Shown one piece after another: positions 19,301-25,838 of a stretch of DNA of 32,429 nucleotides. The stretch covers positions 1 through 32,429 of IMG/VR virus record IMGVR_UViG_3300032239_000837. One strand, given 5' to 3'. The translations under genes and the position numbers were made by a program. Each line of letters opens with the position of its first letter. Position 1 is the first letter of the stretch. This DNA comes from a virus. Its lineage: Duplodnaviria > Caudoviricetes. The notes under the pieces are model-generated. The model did not search any database. It was not told where the DNA came from and saw only the letters and a program-made list of their open reading frames with translations.

Positions 19301-20748
19301 TGGCAGAACAAAAAGAAGCCAGTGAGTTTGTCAAAGGCGCAAAAGGCGTCATCACTGATTCCATCTTTGTTGATGGGAACGACAAAGTGAAGACAAGCGT
19401 GGACGACACTGAAGACGTGTTCCTGATGAATCTTGGCGTCAGGCCGTTGCCAAACATTGAAGTGGTCAAAGAGAAGGGGCAGAAAAACGCAACGCCCAAA
19501 GACCTTCTCAAGCTCGCAGAGAACCCTGAAAAATATCAACGGTTTGCGAGCACTCTGATCGCGTCTGCTGACAAGCTGACTGCTGACCCAGCAAAATTCG
19601 CGAGCCCAAAAGGGTATTCTGAATTCATGCGCGAGAACGGCGTGACCGGTACAATTCTTGCCCCGCCATCAATGCTCAAAGTGCTGATTGAAAGGCCGCA
19701 AGAATACCTCGACTTGCTGACTGGTGGGTTCCACGAAGGGAAGACAGTCAAAGGCGGATGGGAAGCCGCTAACGGCGGCCTGAACGGCGTCATGGAGATG
19801 AGGCAACTGTGCGGCCCTGATGGCCCGCCTCCGTTCATTACAGCACTGCATCACCTTTGGGGGACACTCTCAAAACAGCTCCCTCCGCTAGATCAGGAGG
19901 CGTGCTGGCTACGCCTGATATCTGACCGGCGCGTGCTCGACGCCATCCAAAGCTCGATTGACGGAACCTTCAACCCATTGAAGGCTGGGTGGGAAGATAT
20001 TGTTGCATCTCGCCTCGAAGAGACGAATAACGAATCCACGCAAAAATTCGGCAACAACGCAAAGTCGAACGCGAACACGTTCATTCTTATGCTTGGTCGC
20101 CACAACGGGAAGTGGGACGAAGTCAGCAACCTGTACAAAACGGACGATCCGGCTGTGATGCGTACTCAGTTCTGGGGACTTAACCATGGAGCCAGTGGAA
20201 TTAAAAACAAAGTTCAGGGGTTCATTGGTCTGACGTTCGGAGTAAAGGCCGCTGTGTTAGACCGGTGGCGTTGGGTGGAGTTGCATTTGCCAATGGCGAT
20301 GAAGCTCGCTGGCAAAGCCACTCCAAAAGAGTATTTCGACTACACCGGACAAAACAAAGACACTCCGGAAGATCCGACCGGCATCTACAAGTGCTATGGA
20401 ACCGCTGAAAACGGCCACCCAGCGTTTTCGACCGCGCTGTACACTGGCCTCGAACGCGTCACAAACGCAGCGATCAACAACTACGCACCGCTCAAAGAGT
20501 ATCTTGGGGCGCACGCGGATGCTGGCGGGCTGCATTGGCACGTTTGGAACGCCATCAAAAATGAAAGCGTCGGGCATTCATCACTCGACCTGACAAAGAG
20601 CTACCTCCAGCAATACGGACGAAACATCACTCCGGAAAGTTTCCACCAACACCTGATGAACTCCAACGCATACGTCGAAGGAGAGAATCAGGGTCAAATA
20701 GTTCGACTCGTTATGTCTAACGGGGAGTTCAAAGTAGAAAGACAATGA
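13336..20748 (+). CDS. Giant polyvalent internal virion protein, 2470 aa
   Basis: HEAGH zincin at 15868 with downstream EVMAD; GVYNGGQEVS...FKQEAII; NDLFRAVHDSIAH...TETRGQNSW; GIKNKV...LDRW...LHWHVW; last gene of the ejection block. Confidence 0.8.
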   Translation: MATQADDIEELRRIAMEPFEAPTSAKGAKPTSAEPDTEELRRIAHPDEPVQAEKKPESLRDTLFPEGGWGLRKAAQELAFGPESNAPTVSSVIAMAGPNGLNEEQQKIADSVEDPEEIAKFPKWHPKTDTQKEIAYQHWRNSSFNADAWKGIKEQGVGLAGLVESIPAGLGKAVYDVAGNTGESGLKYLHAKTDEEKELIAKEWATRMANVPLAVPAEAAEVANQMSKWVERGVGEAGFGFLDKALSHFGRSEETIKKHWMARDALDTHDALVEQQKPNILARAAEKAYKGLISFTSPSIDEILYAHPEFKGDRVKAEKFKNGLDEQKTQEAIGSYLDWWNKHPTDPDIRGVVALGIAPEIAGVELPAINVFTASEAIASGALELGNVARRLSAGATEASWARLARMRAYQGVKKGVEDASEVGAVGRGADALAGGIDKITGAIKKGKEYLDENIPEPLQPYLQRLGPYTAAGTVGGLVEAYNDPEHAWTSFFKGALKGELAAAAIKTPRLVADLAKSRAKGFGGTTGMWEGLNAVEDAGPMSRMFAAHPEKLDWLTNHAKDFAKGAIRITPMAATIGVLDSEDTSSFVGSMLQGWAWSAGPQMWHKMLGKDPIELARNQKEHDHQAFKLRASLDPAQVGRFDMFANPKTEVDASKQHLDAVTGEFQRAETEGANDETLNNLREKLVKAKIRHESAKEVAEDPKAAAEYSRMVWHQLAAIDSHISGSLQAGKNLKVNLLSENEIYDRLKASNKEHIDSLAGPDPTQLSDAQAKYLDLLRFYSTSEGVAYLRAHTVPKNGERLDKATGERVLFEPQADKDTIVLNADAIRQNMVEEGNAFLTALSHEAGHVIDGMQEYRDRTAAMREKLFGSVYRNASGEVYADTTNDAIWNKKALLALFNSKYAASSHDYTPDQVAEKMGHWNPDTGEMDVNGIAERMKNEVMADYNSIGLFRKFYANRPKGADALLDWLGIKNQNGRVAKALRAATGVDPDHAVYGPRSGAEFTPDMQEQTRKHLDEVRKLQGLLSPHNPEESARAPLTKEQILANKELTDYYFTDSGRFKTEMVGQVYDAANRKVSEVILTDPNVSEGTWVHHPDTAGESTLTQTRGKGEIPAELQNVVVPVGGHMMSVHRIARDPSGRPIENDNKATREMLERRAQMIRDAIDNSGDLGAPNRMRPISENSTSYTGTLSDAQIAAIDALPNRVVPQSIKDKLFALNAAVAAGDGRRLLIDYASRIDAKGRYFPFSPKIVDVTPIGMQFSNDGHFLARVVSISRLNSKADRWSAFMPARMKMWGGDKHAFVRELMEKYLANHSKGIEGSGWRETPEGPVKTAGALSDDYKTAIQKRDIFNDFMNMYDSATQDRNPNRTVLPKLKLTKEQQADEAMLKLSKEQKAAEKSSDQNTMIRSLRLDAMLDYTNTDLPKIPVDYYKIKTNFSLGRPPEEQERRTFDLPLFSVKRTKPQEEERRFFFTTSTERDPVIAKLVQGGKEKEIERINENSILHAMTGLKDIGIKVEHVRGVYNGGQEVSAITTIKAGKGADLDAARSRFVDLSKVFKQEAIIEEKMNGGKKELRGQVDADGFSHIDKVAITFKKVDPKILESARKEAGIDGMTVAKDRVEIFNNKNEDDFTQKYERFLTLLKDAGAVTSGAEQNIAAVRVYSEAPERIAGSIGYNDPSVHIQTERGAGGAEYGRLNTSLSRKLAEMGAIPPPSEGKRSYFEPKDVTKQQAKFQAEIAKVFDTLPDNDMQRGLTQRAYAALARDIKGQYEILTSGPDGMKFVSRPYSEGGEPYKNSEEAIRDIRENNQLTFLKTDPDAFGPAGADFSGHPLLADSGLKDANGVPLLYNDLFRAVHDSIAHGMFGSSFGPIGEEAAYHVHVRTLKDPMARWALMTETRGQNSWVNYRPEMLKKNGMPIQRGEEGYVPLQDRGFAVQKAALLPLEYALTGDTEVDKPVVALMNQLGTFTRGSRAATKQEAAIEARLKKGVLAEQKEASEFVKGAKGVITDSIFVDGNDKVKTSVDDTEDVFLMNLGVRPLPNIEVVKEKGQKNATPKDLLKLAENPEKYQRFASTLIASADKLTADPAKFASPKGYSEFMRENGVTGTILAPPSMLKVLIERPQEYLDLLTGGFHEGKTVKGGWEAANGGLNGVMEMRQLCGPDGPPPFITALHHLWGTLSKQLPPLDQEACWLRLISDRRVLDAIQSSIDGTFNPLKAGWEDIVASRLEETNNESTQKFGNNAKSNANTFILMLGRHNGKWDEVSNLYKTDDPAVMRTQFWGLNHGASGIKNKVQGFIGLTFGVKAAVLDRWRWVELHLPMAMKLAGKATPKEYFDYTGQNKDTPEDPTGIYKCYGTAENGHPAFSTALYTGLERVTNAAINNYAPLKEYLGAHADAGGLHWHVWNAIKNESVGHSSLDLTKSYLQQYGRNITPESFHQHLMNSNAYVEGENQGQIVRLVMSNGEFKVERQ

Positions 20749-20749
20749 T

Positions 20750-20932
20750 ATGCCTGCCTTTCCAGCAGATATGACCGGAGATACCGGCGACACAAGCGAA
20801 GACCTACAACTCGTCATTCAAATGTATGAGGAGAAATTGGGACGCCCACTGACAGTCGAAGAACACTTCAAAATCTCAACCATGTTCAACGCCAACATTG
20901 GCGGGAACGCATCAATCCTTACTGAAGAATGA
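20750..20932 (+). CDS. Small acidic hypothetical protein, 60 aa
   Basis: Coupled on both sides (TGATATG upstream, ATGA overlap downstream). Confidence 0.65.
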   Translation: MPAFPADMTGDTGDTSEDLQLVIQMYEEKLGRPLTVEEHFKISTMFNANIGGNASILTEE

Positions 20933-22203
20933 AAGACCCTAAAGACGTAGTCGCTCTGGTAGTAGATAACGGCCTGTTTGTAGAAATGGCCATCAAATTG
21001 GCTAAGACATTTAAGAAGGTGTACTATTTCACGGAATGGCGTAGCGCATTTCCAAAACTCAATCTGGCCCGCATTGGGGGCGGCGTTGACGATATCGAGA
21101 TCGTCACTAACCCATTCACCGCAGAGCTTCTAAAGGAAGTGGACTTTTACATATTCCCCGACGTGTACCACGGTCACGAGCAGGTGATGCTGCAAGACCA
21201 CTTTGGGAAGGTTGTGTGGGGAAGCCGACTTGGTGAAGTGCTGGAGCTGGACAGGGTCGGCATGAAAGAAATCCTGCGAGCATTGCAAATGCCTGTCGGC
21301 CAGTACACGGTCGTGAAGGGCATTGAAGAGCTGCGGGATTACCTCAAGTCTCACGATAACGTGTTTGTGAAGATCAACTGCTACAGGGGGACGTTTGAGA
21401 CGTTCCACTCGCCGTGCTACGATCTGGTCGAACCAAAGCTCGACGAAGTTGAATGGCAGCTTGGATGGTTCAAAGATGAAATCGAGTTCATCGTGGAAGC
21501 CGCCCTCGACAATCGCATCGAATTCGGGACTGACGCGTGGACAATTGCCGGTGAATACCCGTCCAAGATCATTTCCGGCATCGAGGTTAAAGACTGCGGT
21601 TTTGCCAGTTGCTTTGGCGATTACGCCAAAATTCCGGAGCCACTACGCCGATTTAATGACCGCATGGTTTCTGTCTTCCGTGAGTACAACTACAGAGGCT
21701 TTTTCTCGTCTGAGATTCGCATCGGCTCAGATCACCGACCGTACATGATCGACTTTTGCGCCCGCGCTCCGAGCCCTCCCAACGAGCTGTACCAAGAACA
21801 GTACAAAAATCTCGCTGAGTGTATGTGGTACGGGGCAAACGGCATTGTCATCGATCCTGAGCCGGTCGCAAAATACGGCGCGGAGATCATGCTGCATTCT
21901 TCGTGGGCGGATAAAAACTGGCTGTCGCTCAAGTTTCCAGATCACCTCCGAAACTTTGTTAAACTGCGGAATATCTACTACTCTGACACGCGTGGGTACG
22001 GAGTCATTCCGCAGGCTCAGGGGCTGCCAGAGGTCGGGGCCGTTGTCGGGCTTGGCAACACGCTGGAGGAGGCGTTTGATCATGCCCTCGCAAACGCGGA
22101 GGAGGTCGGAGGCTATTACCTCGAAGGAAAGACCGGCGCGATTGAGCAGGTCAAAGAGCAGATTGAAAAGATGAAGGCTCTGGGTTTGTCTACGTTTGAA
22201 TGA
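20929..22203 (+). CDS. ATP-grasp ligase, divergent PurD (GAR synthetase)-like
   Basis: LELDRVGMKEIL..MP; VFVK; FIVEAAL..IEF; YRGFFSSEIRI...PYMIDFCARAPSP. These align by eye with PurD LEGSK..IP, IVIK, IEEFL and YTGFLYAGLMI...IEFNCRFGDP. Confidence 0.8.
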   Translation: MKDPKDVVALVVDNGLFVEMAIKLAKTFKKVYYFTEWRSAFPKLNLARIGGGVDDIEIVTNPFTAELLKEVDFYIFPDVYHGHEQVMLQDHFGKVVWGSRLGEVLELDRVGMKEILRALQMPVGQYTVVKGIEELRDYLKSHDNVFVKINCYRGTFETFHSPCYDLVEPKLDEVEWQLGWFKDEIEFIVEAALDNRIEFGTDAWTIAGEYPSKIISGIEVKDCGFASCFGDYAKIPEPLRRFNDRMVSVFREYNYRGFFSSEIRIGSDHRPYMIDFCARAPSPPNELYQEQYKNLAECMWYGANGIVIDPEPVAKYGAEIMLHSSWADKNWLSLKFPDHLRNFVKLRNIYYSDTRGYGVIPQAQGLPEVGAVVGLGNTLEEAFDHALANAEEVGGYYLEGKTGAIEQVKEQIEKMKALGLSTFE

Positions 22204-22910
22204 GAATCGAAATCAAAACAGTCCCACCGGCGGCGATGCGTTATCCGACCGCCGGTGATTGGGAGTGGCTCCCAGACGGGGCTCTCAAGCTCACAGTGCC
22301 TGACTACGGCACGAGCGACGAGAGTGCCCTGCTGGTTGCGATACATGAAATGGTTGAGGCGTTTCTGTGCAAGCGCGATGGCGTTACCGACGAGGAGGTT
22401 ACGCGCTTTGATACAGAGAACCCAAAGCTGGAAGAGCCTGGGGATGACCCACTTGCGCCTTATCACAAGCAGCATACCGTAGCTATGGCCATTGAGCGCG
22501 ACGGTGCCATAGGGTTTGGCGTAGATTGGCATAAACACAACCAGTGGGTGACCAACGCCGGAAACGAGGTTGAGAGGCTCTGGTACGCCAAAGAACTCCA
22601 GCAATCGAGGATCCTGATGCAGGGGCCGAGATACTGGGCAGAGCTACACTTGTACGCCATGAGAGTGGACGACCAAGCAATTCCGTTGCAGGACGTCCGC
22701 TATTGGCTGGACGATTGGATGCGCTCGCTTCCGTTTGATGGGTGCCCCTGCGAGAAGCATCTTAAAGAATGGGTCTCTGAAAACCCTCCCACCTACATCG
22801 AGTTCTTTCACTGGACAGTAAACTTGCACAATGCAGTAAACGAACGACTGTTTAAGCCGACCCTCTCTGTTGCCGACTCGCGGAAGCTGTGGGAGAGTAG
22901 GCTTTTCTGA
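22200..22910 (+). CDS. Fusion of an N-terminal HExxE metal-binding/peptidase-like domain and a C-terminal Erv1/Alr-like sulfhydryl oxidase domain
   Basis: IHEMVE (22344) and YHKQH; then GPRYWAELH, LPFDGCPCEKH and WTVNLHNAVNERLFKP. Confidence 0.7.
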   Translation: MRIEIKTVPPAAMRYPTAGDWEWLPDGALKLTVPDYGTSDESALLVAIHEMVEAFLCKRDGVTDEEVTRFDTENPKLEEPGDDPLAPYHKQHTVAMAIERDGAIGFGVDWHKHNQWVTNAGNEVERLWYAKELQQSRILMQGPRYWAELHLYAMRVDDQAIPLQDVRYWLDDWMRSLPFDGCPCEKHLKEWVSENPPTYIEFFHWTVNLHNAVNERLFKPTLSVADSRKLWESRLF

Positions 22911-22919
22911 TAAATTCAT

Positions 22920-23144
22920 ATGCGAAAGACATTCCCAGTATTCCCTGTGCCACCGTTTGAGGGTGACGAGTACACTCCCCCCTACAAAGGAAACACCGGC
23001 ATCGGAGTCTACGAAACCGCAATGCTGTTCGCTATGCACGCGCTCATTTGCAGCGGCCAGCGCGACAAGATTCCTTTCACCGAAATCATCAACGAAGCGT
23101 CGAAAGCCGCTGACGCCTACGTCAACAAAGTATACCGCAAATGA
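22920..23144 (+). CDS. Hypothetical protein, 74 aa
   Basis: AT-rich region before the ATG; ATGA overlap with the next gene. Confidence 0.65.
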   Translation: MRKTFPVFPVPPFEGDEYTPPYKGNTGIGVYETAMLFAMHALICSGQRDKIPFTEIINEASKAADAYVNKVYRK

Positions 23145-23359
23145 AATCCCCATCCTCCGCCGGTCGCCTTCAGTGCGACGAAACAGCCATTAGAATTGGC
23201 CTAGAAGCCGCCAAGAAGCCTCTCGTAAAAGATTACGGGATGCAGCCAGCCAAACCCACGCTCAAGACCGCTAAACCGCCAAAAGACGAGAAGCGGATGA
23301 TGCCTGAAAACGACAAGCCTCAAAAGGCCAAGAAGTTCATCCCTAAACGAAAAAAGTAA
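23141..23359 (+). CDS. Hypothetical Lys-rich protein, 72 aa
   Basis: ATGA and TAATG coupling. Confidence 0.6.
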   Translation: MKSPSSAGRLQCDETAIRIGLEAAKKPLVKDYGMQPAKPTLKTAKPPKDEKRMMPENDKPQKAKKFIPKRKK

Positions 23360-23706
23360 TGCCTGACGAACCCCAAGACCCAGTTGCAACCGCAATTCAA
23401 AACATCGACATTTCTAAAGTGTCCGTTGAGGACATAGCCAAAGACCTCGTCGATAATTGCAGATACTTCGCATTCCGCATGATGGTTGCGAGCACGCTGC
23501 TTGAGCGCATTCTCCAAAAACCCAGTGAAAATATGAACACGTTCAAACCTACCGTCGAACCGGCCGAACCAATCCCTCAGGACTTTGCTCCTGACAGTCC
23601 GTTTCAGCATCCATCAGTGCAGTCGCCAATCGTCGTACCGGCCCCTGTGGAGCCAGCTCCCGCGCCTGTTGATGTTGCCCCTCAAGACCCAGCTACCGCT
23701 GTGTAA
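23359..23706 (+). CDS. Hypothetical protein, 115 aa, with an acidic Pro-rich tail
   Basis: TAATG coupling on both sides. Confidence 0.65.
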   Translation: MPDEPQDPVATAIQNIDISKVSVEDIAKDLVDNCRYFAFRMMVASTLLERILQKPSENMNTFKPTVEPAEPIPQDFAPDSPFQHPSVQSPIVVPAPVEPAPAPVDVAPQDPATAV

Positions 23707-23891
23707 TGAAAGCCGGAAATCATAACGTCTTCCACCGCGTCGCAAAGCCAATTAAGGGGGCGTCCGAGGCCATGGCTCCACGCAGTCATGCCACCGAGGC
23801 CGTTTCCGAGACCGGCGGCGAAAAACGCCCAACACGTCGCGATATGTTTCGCAGACAGATGCTTCAAAGCAGAAAGGACAAGCAGCCATGA
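23706..23891 (+). CDS. Hypothetical basic protein, 61 aa
   Basis: TAATG start; ATGA overlap at the end. Confidence 0.55.
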   Translation: MKAGNHNVFHRVAKPIKGASEAMAPRSHATEAVSETGGEKRPTRRDMFRRQMLQSRKDKQP

Positions 23892-24046
23892 AAAATAAAA
23901 ACCCGCACCTCCAAAGGCACATTGCCATCACTGAAGCTCAGAACGAGCTGATGAATTCCCGCATTTCTCCCAAGAAAAAGAAGAGTCTGACGTCTAAGAT
24001 CGGCGGGCTCAAGAAGGGGCTTCCCACAAAGAACTGCTGCAAGTGA
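23888..24046 (+). CDS. Hypothetical Lys-rich protein, 52 aa (not in the ORF track)
   Basis: MKNKNPHLQRH...PKKKKS...KNCCK; ATGA overlap upstream and TGATG overlap downstream fill the gap exactly. Confidence 0.6.
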   Translation: MKNKNPHLQRHIAITEAQNELMNSRISPKKKKSLTSKIGGLKKGLPTKNCCK

Positions 24047-24249
24047 TGCTTGAATTCCGAAAGCCCATTCCTGTCAAAACGGATATTGGTGACGGCATGG
24101 CCCTATACGTCAGATGCGGAGGCACTTTTGCAAATGACATATGGGCAATCGTGCTTGAAAACGGAACGATTCGGCACTTTCGGTCTGACCAGATCCGATT
24201 TGAAAGAAACGCAACATTCAACATAAATCCTTATGAGTCAGCCGATTAA
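24046..24249 (+). CDS. Small beta-rich phage protein, 67 aa
   Basis: TGATG coupling; MLEFRKPIPVKT.G.G.ALY...IW. Confidence 0.65.
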   Translation: MLEFRKPIPVKTDIGDGMALYVRCGGTFANDIWAIVLENGTIRHFRSDQIRFERNATFNINPYESAD

Positions 24250-24415
24250 GTCTAATCAGTTCAACCATGGCGCAGGAAAAGGCAGTGAAGAGCGACCGGT
24301 GGACAGGGCAAAATTCCGGAACAACTTTGACTCAATCCGGTGGACAAAGCAGGTTTCCGGAACCGTCAAAAAACAAAAAGCGGGAAAAGTTTCAATAACC
24401 TATCGCTCTGTGTAG
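24233..24415 (+). CDS. Small phage protein, 60 aa, with a GKGSxxRP...FxxNFDxI motif
   Basis: Motif I recall from small phage proteins; short overlap with the upstream gene. Confidence 0.65.
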   Translation: MSQPIKSNQFNHGAGKGSEERPVDRAKFRNNFDSIRWTKQVSGTVKKQKAGKVSITYRSV

Positions 24416-24525
24416 CAATGGGTTTCGCTTGAATCTCAACGCATCTCAAAAAAAAGTGCTTCGTGGCGATCTGGCCGCGTTGTATTGGTCTGCTGTGCCA
24501 TCGGCACGCCTAATCAATAAATAAT

Positions 24526-24762
24526 ATGAGATACAATGAGTCATCATCCCGCCAAACCACGTTCGTCTTTTTCAAAGAGTACGCTCCGAGAGAAAGGGTT
24601 TGGCCATACATCGTAGCTGGCCTCGCTTTACTCGTGGCCGATTGGTTTCTATTCCGATACTTGTGCCCCGACATTCACGTCGGCGAGGTATTTGCCCTGA
24701 TTGCGTGTTCCACGTTTGCTGGCACGTTCGTCGTTGAAGCGGTCTCCAAGCTCATCAAATAG
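24526..24762 (+). CDS. Small membrane protein with two predicted TM helices
   Basis: VWPYIVAGLALLVADWFLF and VFALIACSTFAGTFVV; AT-rich initiation region. Confidence 0.65.
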   Translation: MRYNESSSRQTTFVFFKEYAPRERVWPYIVAGLALLVADWFLFRYLCPDIHVGEVFALIACSTFAGTFVVEAVSKLIK

Positions 24763-24764
24763 CC

Positions 24765-25826
24765 ATGACGACCGAACAAATCATCGAAGCCCGCGACGCG
24801 GGACTGGCTGCAATCCCAGTTGAAGACGCGGCATCCGCGAAGGCTGCTGGCCTGTTCACTGGCTGGACGCGGGCTATTCGCCCAGTGCTTGAAACTCACG
24901 ACGTGCTGGAAGTTGAACGCGAGTTCTCGTTTCCATTCCTGAATCCTGAAACGGAAGGTGAAAGCCGTTCGTTTGTTGAGGCAGGCAAAATCGACGCAAT
25001 CATTCGCCACAAGCTGACCGGCATCGTAAAGGTGCTGGAGCACAAGACGACGGCGGATTCAGTTGCCCCTGAGTCGAATTATTGGGCTCGTCTGGCGATG
25101 GACTCGCAGATCACTAAGTACATTCTTGGGGCTCGTCATCTTGGGTACGGCGAGGTGAACACAGTCCTTTACGACGTGATTCGGAAGCCTTCGTACAAGC
25201 TCTCGAACATTCCTGTGCTCGACGAGATCGGCCTGAAAATCGTTCGCGATGCGGCTGGCATTAGGGTGACAACAAGCGACGGGAAGAAGTGGCGTCAGAC
25301 TGGCGATACGGCTCAGGGATGGGCCGTTGAAAGCCGACTGGAAACGCCAGCCGAATTGTCGTACCGCGTGGCCGACGAGGTGCAGTCTGCTCCTGCCGAA
25401 TATTTCGCGCAGCACGAAGTTGGACGCACTGATTCTCAGCTTCTCGAATACATGGAAGACGCGTGGGCGCAGGGTCAGATGATCCTGTACTTTCGGAAGC
25501 GGAACCTGTGGCCTCGCAATCCGAGCGCGTGTTCCCAATTTGGGAACTGCGAGTTTTTCGACTTGTGCTCGAATCGGGCCAGCGTTGACGGCGTGAATTA
25601 TGCGCCGGTGCAGACTGGCCACGCTGAACTGAACCTGCGTGACGGCGACCGCCAGTTGCTAACGAACAGCCGTCTCACTGCCCTCAGGAAGTGCAGCCGG
25701 TATCACTACCACAGGTACGAGCAGCCCATTCGTAAGATTCAAGAGGCAGACGAGCCTCTGGAGCTTGGATCCAAGTTCCACAAAGCAGCGGAAATCTTTC
25801 TCTCCCATTTCGTAGTCAGCAAGTAA
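24765..25826 (+). CDS. PD-(D/E)XK exonuclease (Cas4/RecB-like, Fe-S), circularly permuted
   Basis: VEREF, GKIDAI, EHKT, QITKY; CxxFGxCxFxxLC; C-terminal LTNSRL...CSR...GSKFH. Confidence 0.85.
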   Translation: MTTEQIIEARDAGLAAIPVEDAASAKAAGLFTGWTRAIRPVLETHDVLEVEREFSFPFLNPETEGESRSFVEAGKIDAIIRHKLTGIVKVLEHKTTADSVAPESNYWARLAMDSQITKYILGARHLGYGEVNTVLYDVIRKPSYKLSNIPVLDEIGLKIVRDAAGIRVTTSDGKKWRQTGDTAQGWAVESRLETPAELSYRVADEVQSAPAEYFAQHEVGRTDSQLLEYMEDAWAQGQMILYFRKRNLWPRNPSACSQFGNCEFFDLCSNRASVDGVNYAPVQTGHAELNLRDGDRQLLTNSRLTALRKCSRYHYHRYEQPIRKIQEADEPLELGSKFHKAAEIFLSHFVVSK

Positions 25827-25838
25827 CCACATAAATCC

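Noticed and set aside
20750-20932. DnaD-like domain (YEEKLGRPLTVEE)
   Set aside because: The resemblance is too short, the downstream YxxxILxxW motif is absent, and the gene is far from the replication module.
20929-22203. purD as a purine auxiliary metabolic gene
   Set aside because: It lacks the PurD GxGGREH and GLAAGKGV motifs, has DFCAR in place of EFNxR, and has no purine-gene context.
24526-24762. Holin
   Set aside because: The two TM helices fit, but there is no adjacent endolysin and the gene heads the recombination operon.
24765-25826. cas4 of a CRISPR system
   Set aside because: Its context is exonuclease-Sak4-SSB-RusA, an ordinary phage recombination module.
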